A DNA stretch of 64,000 nucleotides from Oopsacas minuta (Eukaryota > Animalia > Porifera): NCBI GenBank assembly GCA_024704765.1, contig JAKMXF010000032.1:1-64000 (forward strand). Reading direction: 5' to 3'. This document shows positions 1 through 12,366 of the stretch, piece after piece. How positions within the stretch are numbered: position 1 is the stretch's first letter; each line of letters starts with the position of its first letter. A model generated the notes under the pieces. It was not told the origin of the DNA, searched no databases, and saw only the letters and a list, made by a program, of their open reading frames with translations. Both the position numbers and the translations under genes were made by a program.

Positions 1-131
<131 letters not shown>

Positions 132-450
132 TTACAGTGGAAGCCGCTCAATCGGGGCTCGGATAATCGGGATATCCGCTTAAACGGGACAATGGTTTGG
201 GAACAGATTTTTACATAGAAAAATCGTTGGATAGTTGGGACATTGAATCGGTTAATCGGCATTTTTTATCCCGATTACCCGAATAATTGAAAGTTCATAA
301 TAGGTTATTTAGGATTTCTTATCCCGATTAACCGGATATGAATTATATTCGCTCAATTTGGATTTTTATCCCTATTTTACGATTCTATATTCATTCAGAA
401 TCATTGTAAATGGTTTGTTCTAAAACTAGGAATTTGAATATTATCTACAA

Positions 451-890
451 CAGGGGTCGGTAACTTTATTTGAGTGCGGGCTATATAAACTCTTTTCATA
501 GATGTGCTGGCCACTAGATGACTATTTGTTGATGTACATATATGGTGAATATCCACTAATTCTACAAAAATCCTTGAAGGAATTGATGTATCTATTCAGA
601 GTCAATTTTCTTTTCTTGCTGCTACTACTACGAATGGACATGATGGTAGGATAATGATGGAGTTTAATCGTTTCGTAATCTAATGAAAAATATTGTATAA
701 CAAATAAAAAAAGTATGTAGTGAAAAGGAATATTTTTGTGTTGGAAAATTTATGAAAGTGATGAGCAAATTTCTAATGATATCAATGAATATATACGTAA
801 GTAGAAAATTATGGTAATATAATAAGGTTGTAGCTGATTCTTCGGCGGGCCATGAAAATGCTTTTGCGAGCCGCCAGTTGCCAACTGCTG
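451..890. mobile_element. hAT MITE
   Basis: CAGGGGTCGGTAAC ... GTTGCCAACTGCTG termini; perfect 8-bp TSD ATCTACAA at 443-450 and 891-898. Confidence 0.85.
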
Positions 891-1104
891 ATCTACAACC
901 ATAACAATACAACACCGATGCGATTACCATTTACTATACTAAGATTATTAACATTGCTCACTCGCCTCAGTTTCCATTGGCTATTCCACGGTGTATCATT
1001 CCCTCAATAATGACCAGACTGTTGGATATCCAAACGTTTTGCATGGGTTGCAGTAATAAGCACATGCATTATTATTTAAACTTTATTTTCTTACTTTCTA
1101 AGTA

Positions 1105-2436
1105 CAGTTTGTTCCATAATTATTGAGACTAACATCATTTTAATGCAACCTTGACTACTTTCCTTAATACATTGTTGCCGTCAAGTTTTATTCTATTGAA
1201 CAATAGTATTGACTCTATTAATAGATTTGAGCATGTTTATACTTCAATTTTATTTGTAATTTTAGTTTTCAAGTATTTTTATGATGATGACGTAACAATT
1301 ATTGATAATAATTATTAAATTATAGATTATATATTATTATTTCTTAGATGGAACAATTTATCAAGCGGGATGAAATTAGAATACTTCTCCAAGGAGGAAA
1401 ACACACAGTAAATCAAATAGCTACCATTCTAGGAGTTGGGCGGGCGATTGTATTTCGCGTTCAGAAAACTCTCAAAGAAGGTACAAATTTACTTCACAAG
1501 AAAGGTGCTGGAAGGCCTGCTATTCTTAGAAACCTCATCAAGCATAGCATTGCGCAATATGTTAGGCATGATAAAAAGAAGACTATACGTGGAATTGTCA
1601 CAAATCTAGAAGAGAAAAGTGGCACTAAAGTGTCCAAGAGTACAATTGGAAGATGCCTACAGGAAATGGAGTACAGCAAGCCTTGGGCAACACCTGTACC
1701 AATGCTAAGTGAGAAAAACAGGCTCTTACGTATTGAGTGGGGCAAGAAAAATGAGAATATTCATTGGTGTCACGCTGTGTTTGCAGATGAAGCTTCTTTC
1801 TGGCTCAAACCCGGTCGAGTTAGGCTATGGACAAAAAGAAATCGGAAAGTCATTCAGCCAACAACCAAGCATTCCGCTAAATTACACATTTGGGCAGCCT
1901 TTTCAAGTATGGGAACCTTCCCTCTGTGTTTCTTTCGAAGGAATATGGACGCTACCTTCTTTGTCACATATTGGAATGGCATTTGATTGAGCAAGCTGAG
2001 GTTTTTCATGGTCAGAAGTGGTTTCTCATTCAGGATAACGACCCAAAACATACCTCAAGGATCGCCAAAGCTTGGATGGAGAAAAATATGAAGAAAAACC
2101 AAAGAGAATGGCCAAGTCAAAGTCCTGATCTCAACCCAATTGACAATATATTGGGTTGGATGAAGCAAAAGCTATATAAGGACAACTTTACTAGCTTGGT
2201 CCAATTGGAAAAGAGGATCCAAGAAATATGGGATTCTATCACTCCCGAATTTTTAGCACCATACTACAAGTCTATGAGTCATAGGTGTAGACTAGTGGTA
2301 GAACAGAATGGTTCAAAAATTAATTATTGATCTATTCGTTAGAGGTTATCGATATAATAGTAGAAAAATATTCAATGAAAAATGTGGAGTAAAATATTCT
2401 CCTTTTAGTTAGTCTCAATAATTATGGGACAAACTG
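1105..2436 (+). mobile_element. Tc1-family transposon
   Basis: TIRs CAGTTTGTTCCATAATTATTGAGACTAAC / GTTAGTCTCAATAATTATGGGACAAACTG; TA on both sides. Confidence 0.95.
1348..2330 (+). pseudogene. Tc1 transposase, frameshifted near 1960-1990
   Basis: HTH with GAGRP; FADEAS; QDNDPKH; SPDLNPIDN (35-aa spacing, third acidic residue D); split over ORFs 1348-1986 and 1890-2330. Confidence 0.92.
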
Positions 2437-2884
2437 TATATAGCGTAACGTATTCTATGACCTCTTGAAGCGGAACTATACCCATACCACAACCAAATCT
2501 CTGCTAGACCCTATATAAATCAGGATTAGTAGTATAGAAATAAGATATATCTGGTCATGTGACAATGAAAAACTAGTTTTGAATACTTAAATAATCATAA
2601 TCGGTTAATCGATTCATCGGGATAATCGGGACAAAATATTGACTCCCGAGCTGTCCCGATTAAGCGGCTTCCACTATAATAATAAATGTTCATTTAATTT
2701 GTGGTCAGGATGATAATTTACATGCTGTAATTAGGCAAGGATCTACACCTCCGAGAATATAGTACGAATCACTGATTCTTGTAGACAAACACCTAAGCAA
2801 TCTACAGGACCAATAACCCCCCCCCTCCACCATCACCATATACTTAGCCACTCTTCCAAGAGAATTTCATTTCTCAATTTGAAT

Positions 2885-3540
2885 TTGGGGATCTTGGGAG
2901 TCTTTGAAGTAGTGGGAGATGAAAAGGTAACTTTTCCACGTTACGTATCTTCTTTTTCCCTCTCAGCGAAGATAGATAAATAGGCAGCGAAACATATTTT
3001 GTTATTGTCTACTTCTATTAAATCTTCTACAAATACTCTTTAGTGAATTTCTTTTTCTCAATATTAATGTTGGTCTCTTGTGAGTCTTTGGAGTAGTGGG
3101 AGTTGAAAGGTAACTTCCTAGATGGTGTTCCGTATCTTCCTTTGCCCTCTCAGCGAAGACTTTAATTCTTTCATAAGATTTTCCTTCCTATTTGCTTAGG
3201 TGTTTATGAATACGTAATGGATGAGCTTAAAATTCTCAACCCAAAGAATTGGTACAAATAGGAATAGATGAGCTCCATTCTCTGGGGAACTCATTCCCTC
3301 AAGTAATTGATGTTTGGGAAAGGAAGTGGAAAGAAAATCTTATAAAAGAATTTACTTCTAAGCTGAGAGGGAAAGCGAAGATACGTAATATCAAGGAAGT
3401 TAGCTTTTCATCTCCCACTACTCCAAAGACTCCCACGACACCGAAATTAAAATTGGGAAAAAGAAATTTAGAAAGAGTATATGTAGAAGATTTAATAGTA
3501 GTAGACAATAACAAAATATGTTTCGCTGGCTATTTATCCA
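2885..3540. repeat. Tandem plus inverted repeat block (about 210-bp arms 2975-3187 / 3329-3539)
   Basis: GAGTCTTTG(G/A)AGTAGTGGGAG...CCCTCTCAGCGAAGA occurs twice directly (about 2895 and 3080) and once inverted (about 3360-3435); GATAAATAG.CAGCGAAACATATTTTGTTATTGTCTAC at 2975 is inverted at about 3500-3539. Confidence 0.85.
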
Positions 3541-3918
3541 GCTCGTCAGTAACAAACACAACAATAGTACTAATTATAACTGATTGCTGCTATTCCAAGG
3601 TTTGAAGGAATTTCTAGATTTCTGAGTAACAAAGAGATGATAAAGTGTATATGAGCTTACTAATATTATTTATGGGAGTTACTATATAAAGTGGATTTGA
3701 ACAATGGTGGTTTCTGAAAGTGTTGATTGCTGACAGGCCATGTAATCATGTTGGTTTAGGGACGATCATTTGAATTTTCTGAACTAGTATATTCTAAATC
3801 TGTTGTAATTGTGGTATTGATTGTGACATCTGGAGCATTATTGGGTTCTTCGTTAGGTGGTTGACTAATAGTTTCGTAGAAAGGTTCTTGAATAGTAAAG
3901 ATTTGTTGTATACTACTA

Positions 3919-5264
3919 CAGGGTGTGACAAAAGTATTGTCGTTTTTTATAATGAATCCAACGTAAGCTAATATACAACAATTAGTACATTATTGCTTCT
4001 CAATATAGTCTCCTTGTCTTTCTAATACGGGTGCTACTCGCCTGGGCATACTGGAGACCATATTCTGCAAAACATTTCCTGAAATATCACTCCATGCCAT
4101 TTCCAAATTTTTGATGAGGTTATTCACAGTGCTTGCTTGCTCAAACTCTTCCACTTTGTCTTTCAGTATTGACCATAAGTTTTCAATGGGATTGAGGTCA
4201 GGTGAGTTCCCAGGCCATTCCGCTTTCTGCCAAAACGCTGGAAGATTCTATTTGCACCATTCTTGCGTTAGCTTGGCCGTATGAGCGGGAGCCCCGTCTT
4301 GCATGAAAATTATCTCGGACATCTTTGAAGTCATGGCCCGCTGTAAAACCGATCCATTTTTTGTTCTTCTATTGATCGCATCTTTGCAAGATCCAGTCAA
4401 AATCTTCGTACGATAGTACTCTCCATTAATAGTTTGCATCTGAGGTATAACATGCAGCTCAGATAGTGCTTGGTGAGATATCATGCCCCAAGCATGAACT
4501 TTCGCCGGAAATTTTATCTTTGTACAGGGTTCGATTGAACCTGAATCCTTGCTCCAAACTCGGTTATTCTGTCTGTTTGGGGTTGGAAATAATTCGAATG
4601 GAGATTTATCCGACCACAGAACTCTATTCCAATCTTCTACAGTCCAATCCTTGTGTTTCTGCGCAAATTCGATCCGGTTTTCCTTCATTTTCAAGGTCAA
4701 TCGAGGCCTTCTCGGCCTTTTAAATGGCGTAGTACCTAGAGACTTTCTCAAATATCGATGAACAGAGGTGTGAGTGACATCATAACCACTCCTCGTTAAT
4801 CTGAGAGCTAGCTTTCGTGTAGATTGCCTTCTCTTCCCCAAAGACAAAGCGATGACAATTTTCACAATTCTATCAATTTTCGGCGGAAGTCCATACTTAG
4901 ATTTGATTCCATTGAAAATCCCAATTTATCGCTAGGCCCCCCATCTCTGAACTGATCGAATATTGATATTCAACACTTAAGCAACCTTTTTAGGCGTTTC
5001 TCCTGCTTTAAGCATCCCCAATGCCTGAGATCTTAAAGATAATCCGTAATCCTGGACATTCATATCACAACAATAAAGTAGAAATTTCCAAAATGACGAA
5101 AATAATTCCAAAATATATCCTTGTAAGATTTGACTCCACTCGAGTTTAACTAAGTAGTATAAAAACATATTTACTGAGAGAAATCAATGGCAAGGGTTGT
5201 ATACGAATGTGAAATTTGAATTTAATGTGTATTAATATGACGACAATACTTTTGTTGCACCCTG
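3919..5264 (-). mobile_element. Tc1-like DD37E transposon with disrupted transposase (about 3990-5063)
   Basis: TIRs CAGGGTGTGACAAAAGTATTGTCGT / ACGACAATACTTTTGTTGCACCCTG with TA flanks; WSDKSPF, MQDGAPAH and WPGNSPDLNPIEN motifs with in-frame stops. Confidence 0.93.
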
Positions 5265-5290
5265 TACTACTACTATTATTATTATTATTA

Positions 5291-5378
<88 letters not shown>

Positions 5379-5387
5379 TATTATTAT
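5265..5387. repeat. (TAT)n/(TAC)n microsatellite
   Basis: Direct reading; abuts the Tc1 right end. Confidence 0.97.
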
Positions 5388-6867
5388 GTTATGAATATTA
5401 TGAATAAATGTTCACAATTTTTGCACTAAAGGAATGAATGAATAATTAGCCGAAAAATACCAAAAATAAATTGAAAGAGAGTAAAACAACCAAAGAGAGG
5501 GAAAACGAAATACAGTAGAATCCGCTTAAGCAATCCTAATCTATACTAAACTAAAATTTCGTCAGTCGATGGCAATATATTTGAATTATTACTTCATATA
5601 AATGTATAAAGCCAATTAAATGAATAATACAGAATAAACATATAATAATAACAAGGCAACATTAGATGATCATAATTTTAGATATACATCTTCACTCATA
5701 ATTTAACAAAATATGACGTAATATATGTTGTCAGGCCTCTGATTAGAAGTAAAGTTAAGAATTAGAATCACAAGAAAAGACAATTTCTAACGCACGATTA
5801 CTTACTCAAATCAAATAATGAATTTCCTATAGTTCTACAAAGATCATTGGATGTATTGCTCAAGAGGCATCGTCTGAATAAGTTTCAAATCAACTCCACC
5901 TTTTACAGGAGATATGAGACCTTACACGTACCCAAATATTATGATAACGTATACTTATAATTGCTAAAAATATGCTATGAGATATCTCTAACATTCACAA
6001 AGCGTGGCAAAATCTAAGTTCAATGAAAATATTACGTGAAAAGTTTCCTATCCAATTCTAGTTAACTTAACGAATATTAAGAGATGTTGCATACCTTTTC
6101 CGAGTAAGGAGTTTGGATAAATTTTGCATTTCCAAAGGCCCCATTACTTCTTACTGACAAACGCTAACAGTGAATCTAGTTTGGTAAACACCTACATCAA
6201 AGATACTGATATCAATGTACAGAGTTTACAATGATACTCGCTACATGATAAATGCAATTAGAAGGGCTCAGTAGTAGAGACTGGTTAGGTTATCACTTAT
6301 ATGTTGTAACTCCCAGAAGTAGTAACTTATGTAAATATGAAAGAAGTTGAGAGATAAAAATAATTACCAATTAAATAATTAAAGTACAAAAGATGGACTA
6401 GAATAATTATACTGTGGAGAGAGTGCTATTATAGTACTAGTTGAATTTATGTACTGAATTCCAGTAAATTCTAAGAATGTTATCTTCAATTTGAAACCAG
6501 CAGTTATTACAGCTAGATATGCCGATTATATTCAAATACGGTATAGAATTTAGTATTTTATGCGGGATTTTATCGTATTTATTCATCTATTCAAATATTA
6601 TTAGTGGTTACATGTGTTTGCTTACAGAAATGCATACATTAATTTGGTAGATTAGTAGGAGTATGTATTATAATGTATATGATGATAATGTATCCACCTG
6701 GGTCAATTAAACAGCTTACACGATCGTTGTTCATCGCTTATAATAGATGGATAAATATACAATAACTGATTCAGCAGATATAACTCTCGTTATAAAAGGA
6801 ATAGAAGCAATTACTCACATTATATAGTGGGTAAAAATCATTACGTTATAACCAGAGTTTCTTCATA

Positions 6868-7374
6868 CAAGTGAAACCTCTGGAATCGGGGCATGTGGGA
6901 TACTGGGAAAATTTCTGACGCCCCGATTGTGGATTTCAGTGTGGTATTGTGTCTAAATCACCATTACCCGTGTATATGTAGTTCATATTATGTCATACTA
7001 TTGTTTCGTATTGCTAGTCAAACTGTAACGTAAAATATTTCATTCTGCTACATATTGCTTATCATGAACACCTCTCTAAAGTGAAAATTTCACTTACGTA
7101 GCATTTATATTATGTTTTATTCGATAGTTATCGCGAAAATAAAAGTTTATTGAGTTGATTTCAGTATTGATGCCCCGATTGCGTAGGGGATATTAGTATT
7201 AGTCCTATGCAAGCTGAAAGAATTAGATTTTCAGGGTTTGTCCCGATTTCCCGATTGTCGCTAATTCCCCGATTCCAGAGGTTCATTTGTATGGGAAAAT
7301 ATTTTCGCGAAATTCAATGACCCGATTTCAGAGGTTCCCCGATTCCAGAGGCCCCGGTTAGAGAGGTTTCACTG
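6868..7374. mobile_element. pogo-type MITE
   Basis: TA|CAAGTGAAACCTCTGGAATCGGGG ... CCCCGGTTAGAGAGGTTTCACTG|TA, with CCCCGATT subterminal repeats; a second pogo-like right end follows at about 7405. Confidence 0.7.
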
Positions 7375-8067
7375 TATACTACTTGGTTATAACGGGAGTT
7401 TACTGTACACATGTGAGTATTGTTGTGGATAATTAGTATAATGTCTGTATTGCGAAGGAACTAGGATAGATAAATCTTTATACAAATTTCCATATACTAC
7501 TATAATGTGAATAATGTGGAATCATAATATTCCTTAATCAGAGCAATCACTTAATTAATGCAAAATAGAATAATAGAATGAATCAATTATTTTAATATCA
7601 AGATTCAGATGTTTGGAAAGAAATAACTGGGGACAGTGTAGCAAGCATTATACTACATTAATAAAAGTAGTCTTATTATAGAAGGAATTATTCTGAAAAA
7701 CTTGAGCCCTGCCATCCCATGGACATAAGCCTCATAAGAACCCAACATATGCCCTCGTTTGCCACTACAATTCTTCTACAAATAACCACAATTCGAAATA
7801 AAATTCTAAATATCAAACTGATCTCAATTGCATCAGGTGAGTTGGCTAATTAGCATAAGGATATAATCCTCAAACATTTTATTATGCTTACTTTGCGTAT
7901 TAACTAGAACATCTGCTGTTGTGGCGAAATTAGACGAATATATGCTACATTGGAAAATGGATTCGAGCTATGACAATTACAGCAGGCCATACATTGCAGA
8001 AAGTATTATACAATAGAACCTCTGAGATCTGTACAGTCTCGTCCATAAGGAAATTAGCTAAATTTCA

Positions 8068-8221
8068 AATATATTTCGAACTTTTGGAAAATTGTGCACA
8101 GATCTGGAGGTCTGACTATAATTATGATATGAGTTAGTATAAAAAATATATTTCGAACTTTTGGAAAATTGTGCACAGATCTGGAGGTCTGACTATAATT
8201 ATGATATGAGTTAGTATAAAA
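8068..8221. repeat. 77-bp tandem duplication
   Basis: AATATATTTCGAACTTTTGG...GAGTTAGTATAAAA repeated at 8068 and 8145. Confidence 0.95.
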
Positions 8222-8940
8222 TACTGTCTTAGTATAATAATACAAAATTAGCTAGTAACATAGGCATAAATATTTTGGGTGCCAAGATAGTTTAAAGGTC
8301 TGTTGCCTAACCAGGAGTATAATGAAATGACAATTTTGTACTAGTAATAAATACGCAATTCAGTATTACATATGGTGCTAAGATTAACATTTGTGAAGTG
8401 GATAAACTGCACAGACACCGATGGTGTAGCATGATTTTTATCATCTAAAATGGAAACATAAATTCATATGAATTTGCGAAACCTGCTGACATGAACTCAA
8501 TAGGTTAGTTAACATACAACTGTAAAATATATATTTTGGATATAACATTCATAAACCCACGCTAACCAAACAGATGGAACAAAATCAGTAAATGCGATTT
8601 GTAATACAAAGATAATTCCCTTAAAATCCCTCAATTATTTCTAATAAATATATGTATAATTATTTCATTATTCACAATACTAATATAAATACTATATACA
8701 ATAAAGTAATAGGAGAATGCTATACCCACAATATTTGAAATAAGCAACTCTAGAAATGAGCAAATACAATAGTAATAGGCAAGGTATAAAAGTAAACAAC
8801 TCTATACGAGTCTCTTGGACGGTAACTACGGTATGAATTAATATGAGAATAGAAAGATTTGAAATGTTGGGGACCCCTCCACTACTTGGCTCTGTCAACA
8901 ACAACACCACCTACAAGGATAAATTACAAATGTTAGAATA

Positions 8941-9095
8941 CAGTGGATGACAGTTATAACAACACCGGATATAAGAACATGTCGATTATAAGCACCATCC
9001 TCTGTGGATAACGGTTCTCATATTTCCAGTATATTTCATGTAGGATATAAGATATATTGCCACTCCCAGGTCGTTCTTATATCCCCAACCTACTG
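8941..9095. mobile_element. Small pogo/Tigger-like MITE
   Basis: TA|CAGTGG ... CTACTG|TA with imperfect inverted ends and GATATAAGAAC / GTTCTTATATC inverted motifs. Confidence 0.4.
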
Positions 9096-10164
9096 TAGTA
9101 ACAACTCCTGTTCCTGTCAATAACATTATAATATTGAATGAAGAAGGACAAAATTAACTAGCAATTACTTTCTATTTTGTCTATGAAACAGAGAAGTTTG
9201 TGAATGAATTGTCCATTATAATTAGTAAGTGATTTGGTAATTAATTGTAGTAGATTGTTATACGTACAAAAGTATATTCTACCCAACTTTATAAAGTAGA
9301 ATTAACATTAATGTGGTCTATGGAACCGCTATATTGAGTCGTATTAATGGTTGATATGTATACATCCAATAGTAAATAAATAAGAATACAAGACACCTGA
9401 AAGTCTGACAAAACGTTTCACAACATTTCGTTCCAGACATTTCGTTCCAGCGACATTTCGTTCCAGAGATTTTGTTCCACTTTTGAATGGTCAATTTTTG
9501 TTAATAATTTAACAGGTTTTACATGGCTAAATAATTGAACTACTTTCTTGTCTGAATTCGTTGGTTAATTCTAACTTAAATTAAATTGGTTTACCAATTG
9601 CTGTGCAGAATTTGCTAAAATAGATCAGCGAATTCAGTGGGTGCTAAAACGTGTTTTTCGGAGCCCGCTTATTTGTCCCGGTTGAATTCCAAATTTTCAA
9701 TAGACATTAACATTAATTGATTTCAGAATTACCGACACCCCATAATTCCGACTTCCAGCCATTTATTAATACCAATTTATATTGATAACCCCGAAATTAC
9801 GGCCATTTACCTAAGTCCAAGGGTGACCGTAATTCAGATGTTCCACTGTATATATATATGTGTGTATGTGCTGTTCAATGTCTATTTATCCTAAAGACAG
9901 GCAGATTGATGCCCATTTATCCTATATACTTCCTATGGCTCAAAATAAAATGTGCATTGTTGTACATATCTCATAATATGTATAAACCCATCAATAACGA
10001 TGTGGTTAACGCATATACTTGGGATATTCAGAGTACACTTTAGAACTAAATCATTGGTCTTGCAAAACGACAGATTTCGGACCAGTTATTTCCCCTAGTA
10101 AAGGAGACCCGAACAATGAATATGGATACAAGTTTTGAGTAATTTAATATAATATATATATATA

Positions 10165-10740
10165 CTAGCGCGCTACGCTTGCTTGCGAACACTTCGTGTC
10201 CGTATTCGGGCCTTCGGCCCTCGCTTTGGGGAAAGTTACTTTTGCTGTCCAAATTTAATAATTGTTTACTGTTTAATTGTAAACAACAACAATATTAATC
10301 ACATGTTGTTGGAAATTTCATATTAATATTTCAATGCACATAATTAACAAAACTACAAAGTATGGGCTCGCACAGATACAACTATTTATCAAATGTTGGT
10401 GACAGTATCATATTTTAAATCAGCACACCCAATTACCCAATAATAATCATTGAAACCGCGTTTCCCGAATAATTGTTAAATTCGTTCGCTTTTTAGTCGT
10501 GAACAACAACAAATATTAATCACATGTTAGCAACAATATCATATTCGGAATCAGCGCACCCGGTTACATAACCTCATCGTACTATGTTTCTGGGAAAATT
10601 TTGAAACTTCAATGAGTTGTATTTACTTTATAATCATTATAAACAACATTAAAATTACATATGACAAACTCAAAAGTGCGAAATTCGGATTCACCATATT
10701 CGATAATCTTTAGTCAAGTTTTATGGAATTTGTTTCCTTT
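10165..10740 (-). mobile_element. Helitron-like non-autonomous element, 3' end at 10165
   Basis: Minus strand ends ...GCGCG-CTAG|T, preceded by hairpins GGGCC-GAA-GGCCC and ACAC-GAA-GTGT; internal direct repeats (ACAACAACAATATTAATCACATGTT twice; TATCATATT..AATCAGC twice). The other boundary is uncertain. Confidence 0.5.
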
Positions 10741-10763
10741 CCTGATTAACACCATACACAAAA

Positions 10764-10808
10764 CACAGTGGCACGAAATGGCTAAAACCTGGAAGTAGGT
10801 ATTAGGGT
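10764..10808 (+). repeat. RSS-like TIR of a RAG1/Transib-superfamily element
   Basis: CACAGTG, 10-bp spacer, GCTAAAACC (10781-10789), then GTATTAGGGT (10799-10808); lies about 300 bp beyond the stop of the minus-strand RAG1-like fragment. Confidence 0.65.
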
Positions 10809-11099
10809 ACTAGATAACGTATTAAACTATATTATTGACATATGGGGAATCGTACCCAAGGAATCGATTGACCTAACTAGATTTTTTCTAAGTCTTTGGG
10901 TGTGACAGTAATGATGTCATTGTCACATTCAAAAATATTTTGATCTTTTATCGATTTTAATTAAGCCAATTTGTGAACTATAGGTTCAGAAATTGAATGT
11001 TTATGTTTTAATATTATTAACACTATTTAGTGTACATTTTTATAAACTTATGAGACCACATTTCTTGTTGAAATGACCTACCGTTCATTGAACTACAAA

Positions 11100-11600
11100 C
11101 TATAACGTATTTATGATTAGAGAATTCACCAAAATATCTTGACAGCTCTTTAACTCAGATAGATCTGGCTCCGAATCGTTTTTGGTAATATTACGAAATG
11201 ATGCTAATATTGGATCACTTTGAGAGATAAGCCTGAAGAACACATCTTTAACGTTGTCCTCAAAGCTAAATTTTCTTGAGAGTCTCTCACGGTATCGCCT
11301 GACCAATTAATTGCAAGATTCAAGCCCTTCTTCAGACAAATCTTCTAAGCCTAACCCATCGTTATGATCCGAAATTATTTGTGGTGCATGGGCTAGAAGT
11401 TTATGTAAAGTAGGGGTTACATGTGCCCATGGAAAATTGTTAAAATGGATTCGTAAGTCTCTCGGCATACATTATCAAGGCCTTCAGTGTCCACTTTCCT
11501 GTTGCTATTATACAATCTCAGGATAGCACTCAAATTATTAAAGATTGTAGTGACAACTTGATGTGTCTCTTGAGGAACAACCGTCAATACCCAATAACCG
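11100..11600 (-). pseudogene. RAG1/Transib-like transposase, C-terminal fragment (copy 1)
   Basis: Manual translation: ...FNNLSAILRLYNSNRKVD...FPWAHVTPTLHKLLAHAPQIISDHNDGLGLEDLSEEGLESCN*LVRRYRERLSRKFSFEDNVKDVFFRLISQSDPIL, matching the HK..AH zinc ligands and catalytic E region. Confidence 0.85.
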
Positions 11601-12366
11601 AAACTTGGGAAATAATTAAGTGATCAACTCTCTCTAAGTTTTTGTTAGAAAGTTGAAATATGGTTCTATATACTTGCACTGAGAAATACAAGCTTAGAAC
11701 TGCTATTACATTAGAAATATAGGATGATTAGTATATATTGAATGCCCCTGTAGATTCTAGATATATTCAACGAGCGATATATAAAGTATCAGATGAAACA
11801 GTAAAGTATTTCTATTTTTGTTGTCAGTCAAATGTAGGACTTCATTGCTGTATTCTATGTTTATCCATACATTATATAAATGACAGAAGGTATCTCAGTA
11901 ATCTTTCGAATTTATGATGCATACTATTGTTCATATACATGCTTTCCCAGCAAAGTGAGTGCGCTGAATTTGAATGTATCAATGAATTTCTTCAGGAGCG
12001 AAAAGATTAATCAGAGATTACGGATACAATACTGGGAAAATTTGTAGAAATTTCTCTCGGCCATTAGCCATCCTGTTGGCAGCAAAATTTCTTTCCACTA
12101 GTTTTCCACCCTGAATTTTTAGTATATATCTTGCAAGTAATATAATCATTATATTAGAAGTACAAATGCCGCTTCATTGCGTAACATATTAAATTTTGTC
12201 AAATTCCATTCTCACATCTACGTACCTATGGTACAATGTAATGTAATTACATGATAATTTTACACCAATATTACGCAAAAATTATTCATATACACTGCAT
12301 ATTACGGGGTAGCATACAAGTTCATTAATTTGATAACCTATTGAAAATCTACTTATCAATTTACAG

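Larger units (their letters stand above)
135..2676. mobile_element. Non-autonomous pogo/Tigger-type element (hosts a hAT MITE and a Tc1)
   Basis: TA|CAGTGGAAGCCGCTCAATCGGG at 135 and CCCGATTAAGCGGCTTCCACTA|TA ending at 2676; subterminal CCCGAT/ATCGGG repeats at both ends. Confidence 0.75.

Noticed and set aside
5216-5407. Poly-Leu ORF
   Set aside because: Translation of the (TAT)n microsatellite.
9425-9480. Short GACATTTCGTTCCA repeats considered as CRISPR-like
   Set aside because: No unique spacers, the units are too short, and the context is eukaryotic; probably TE subterminal repeats.
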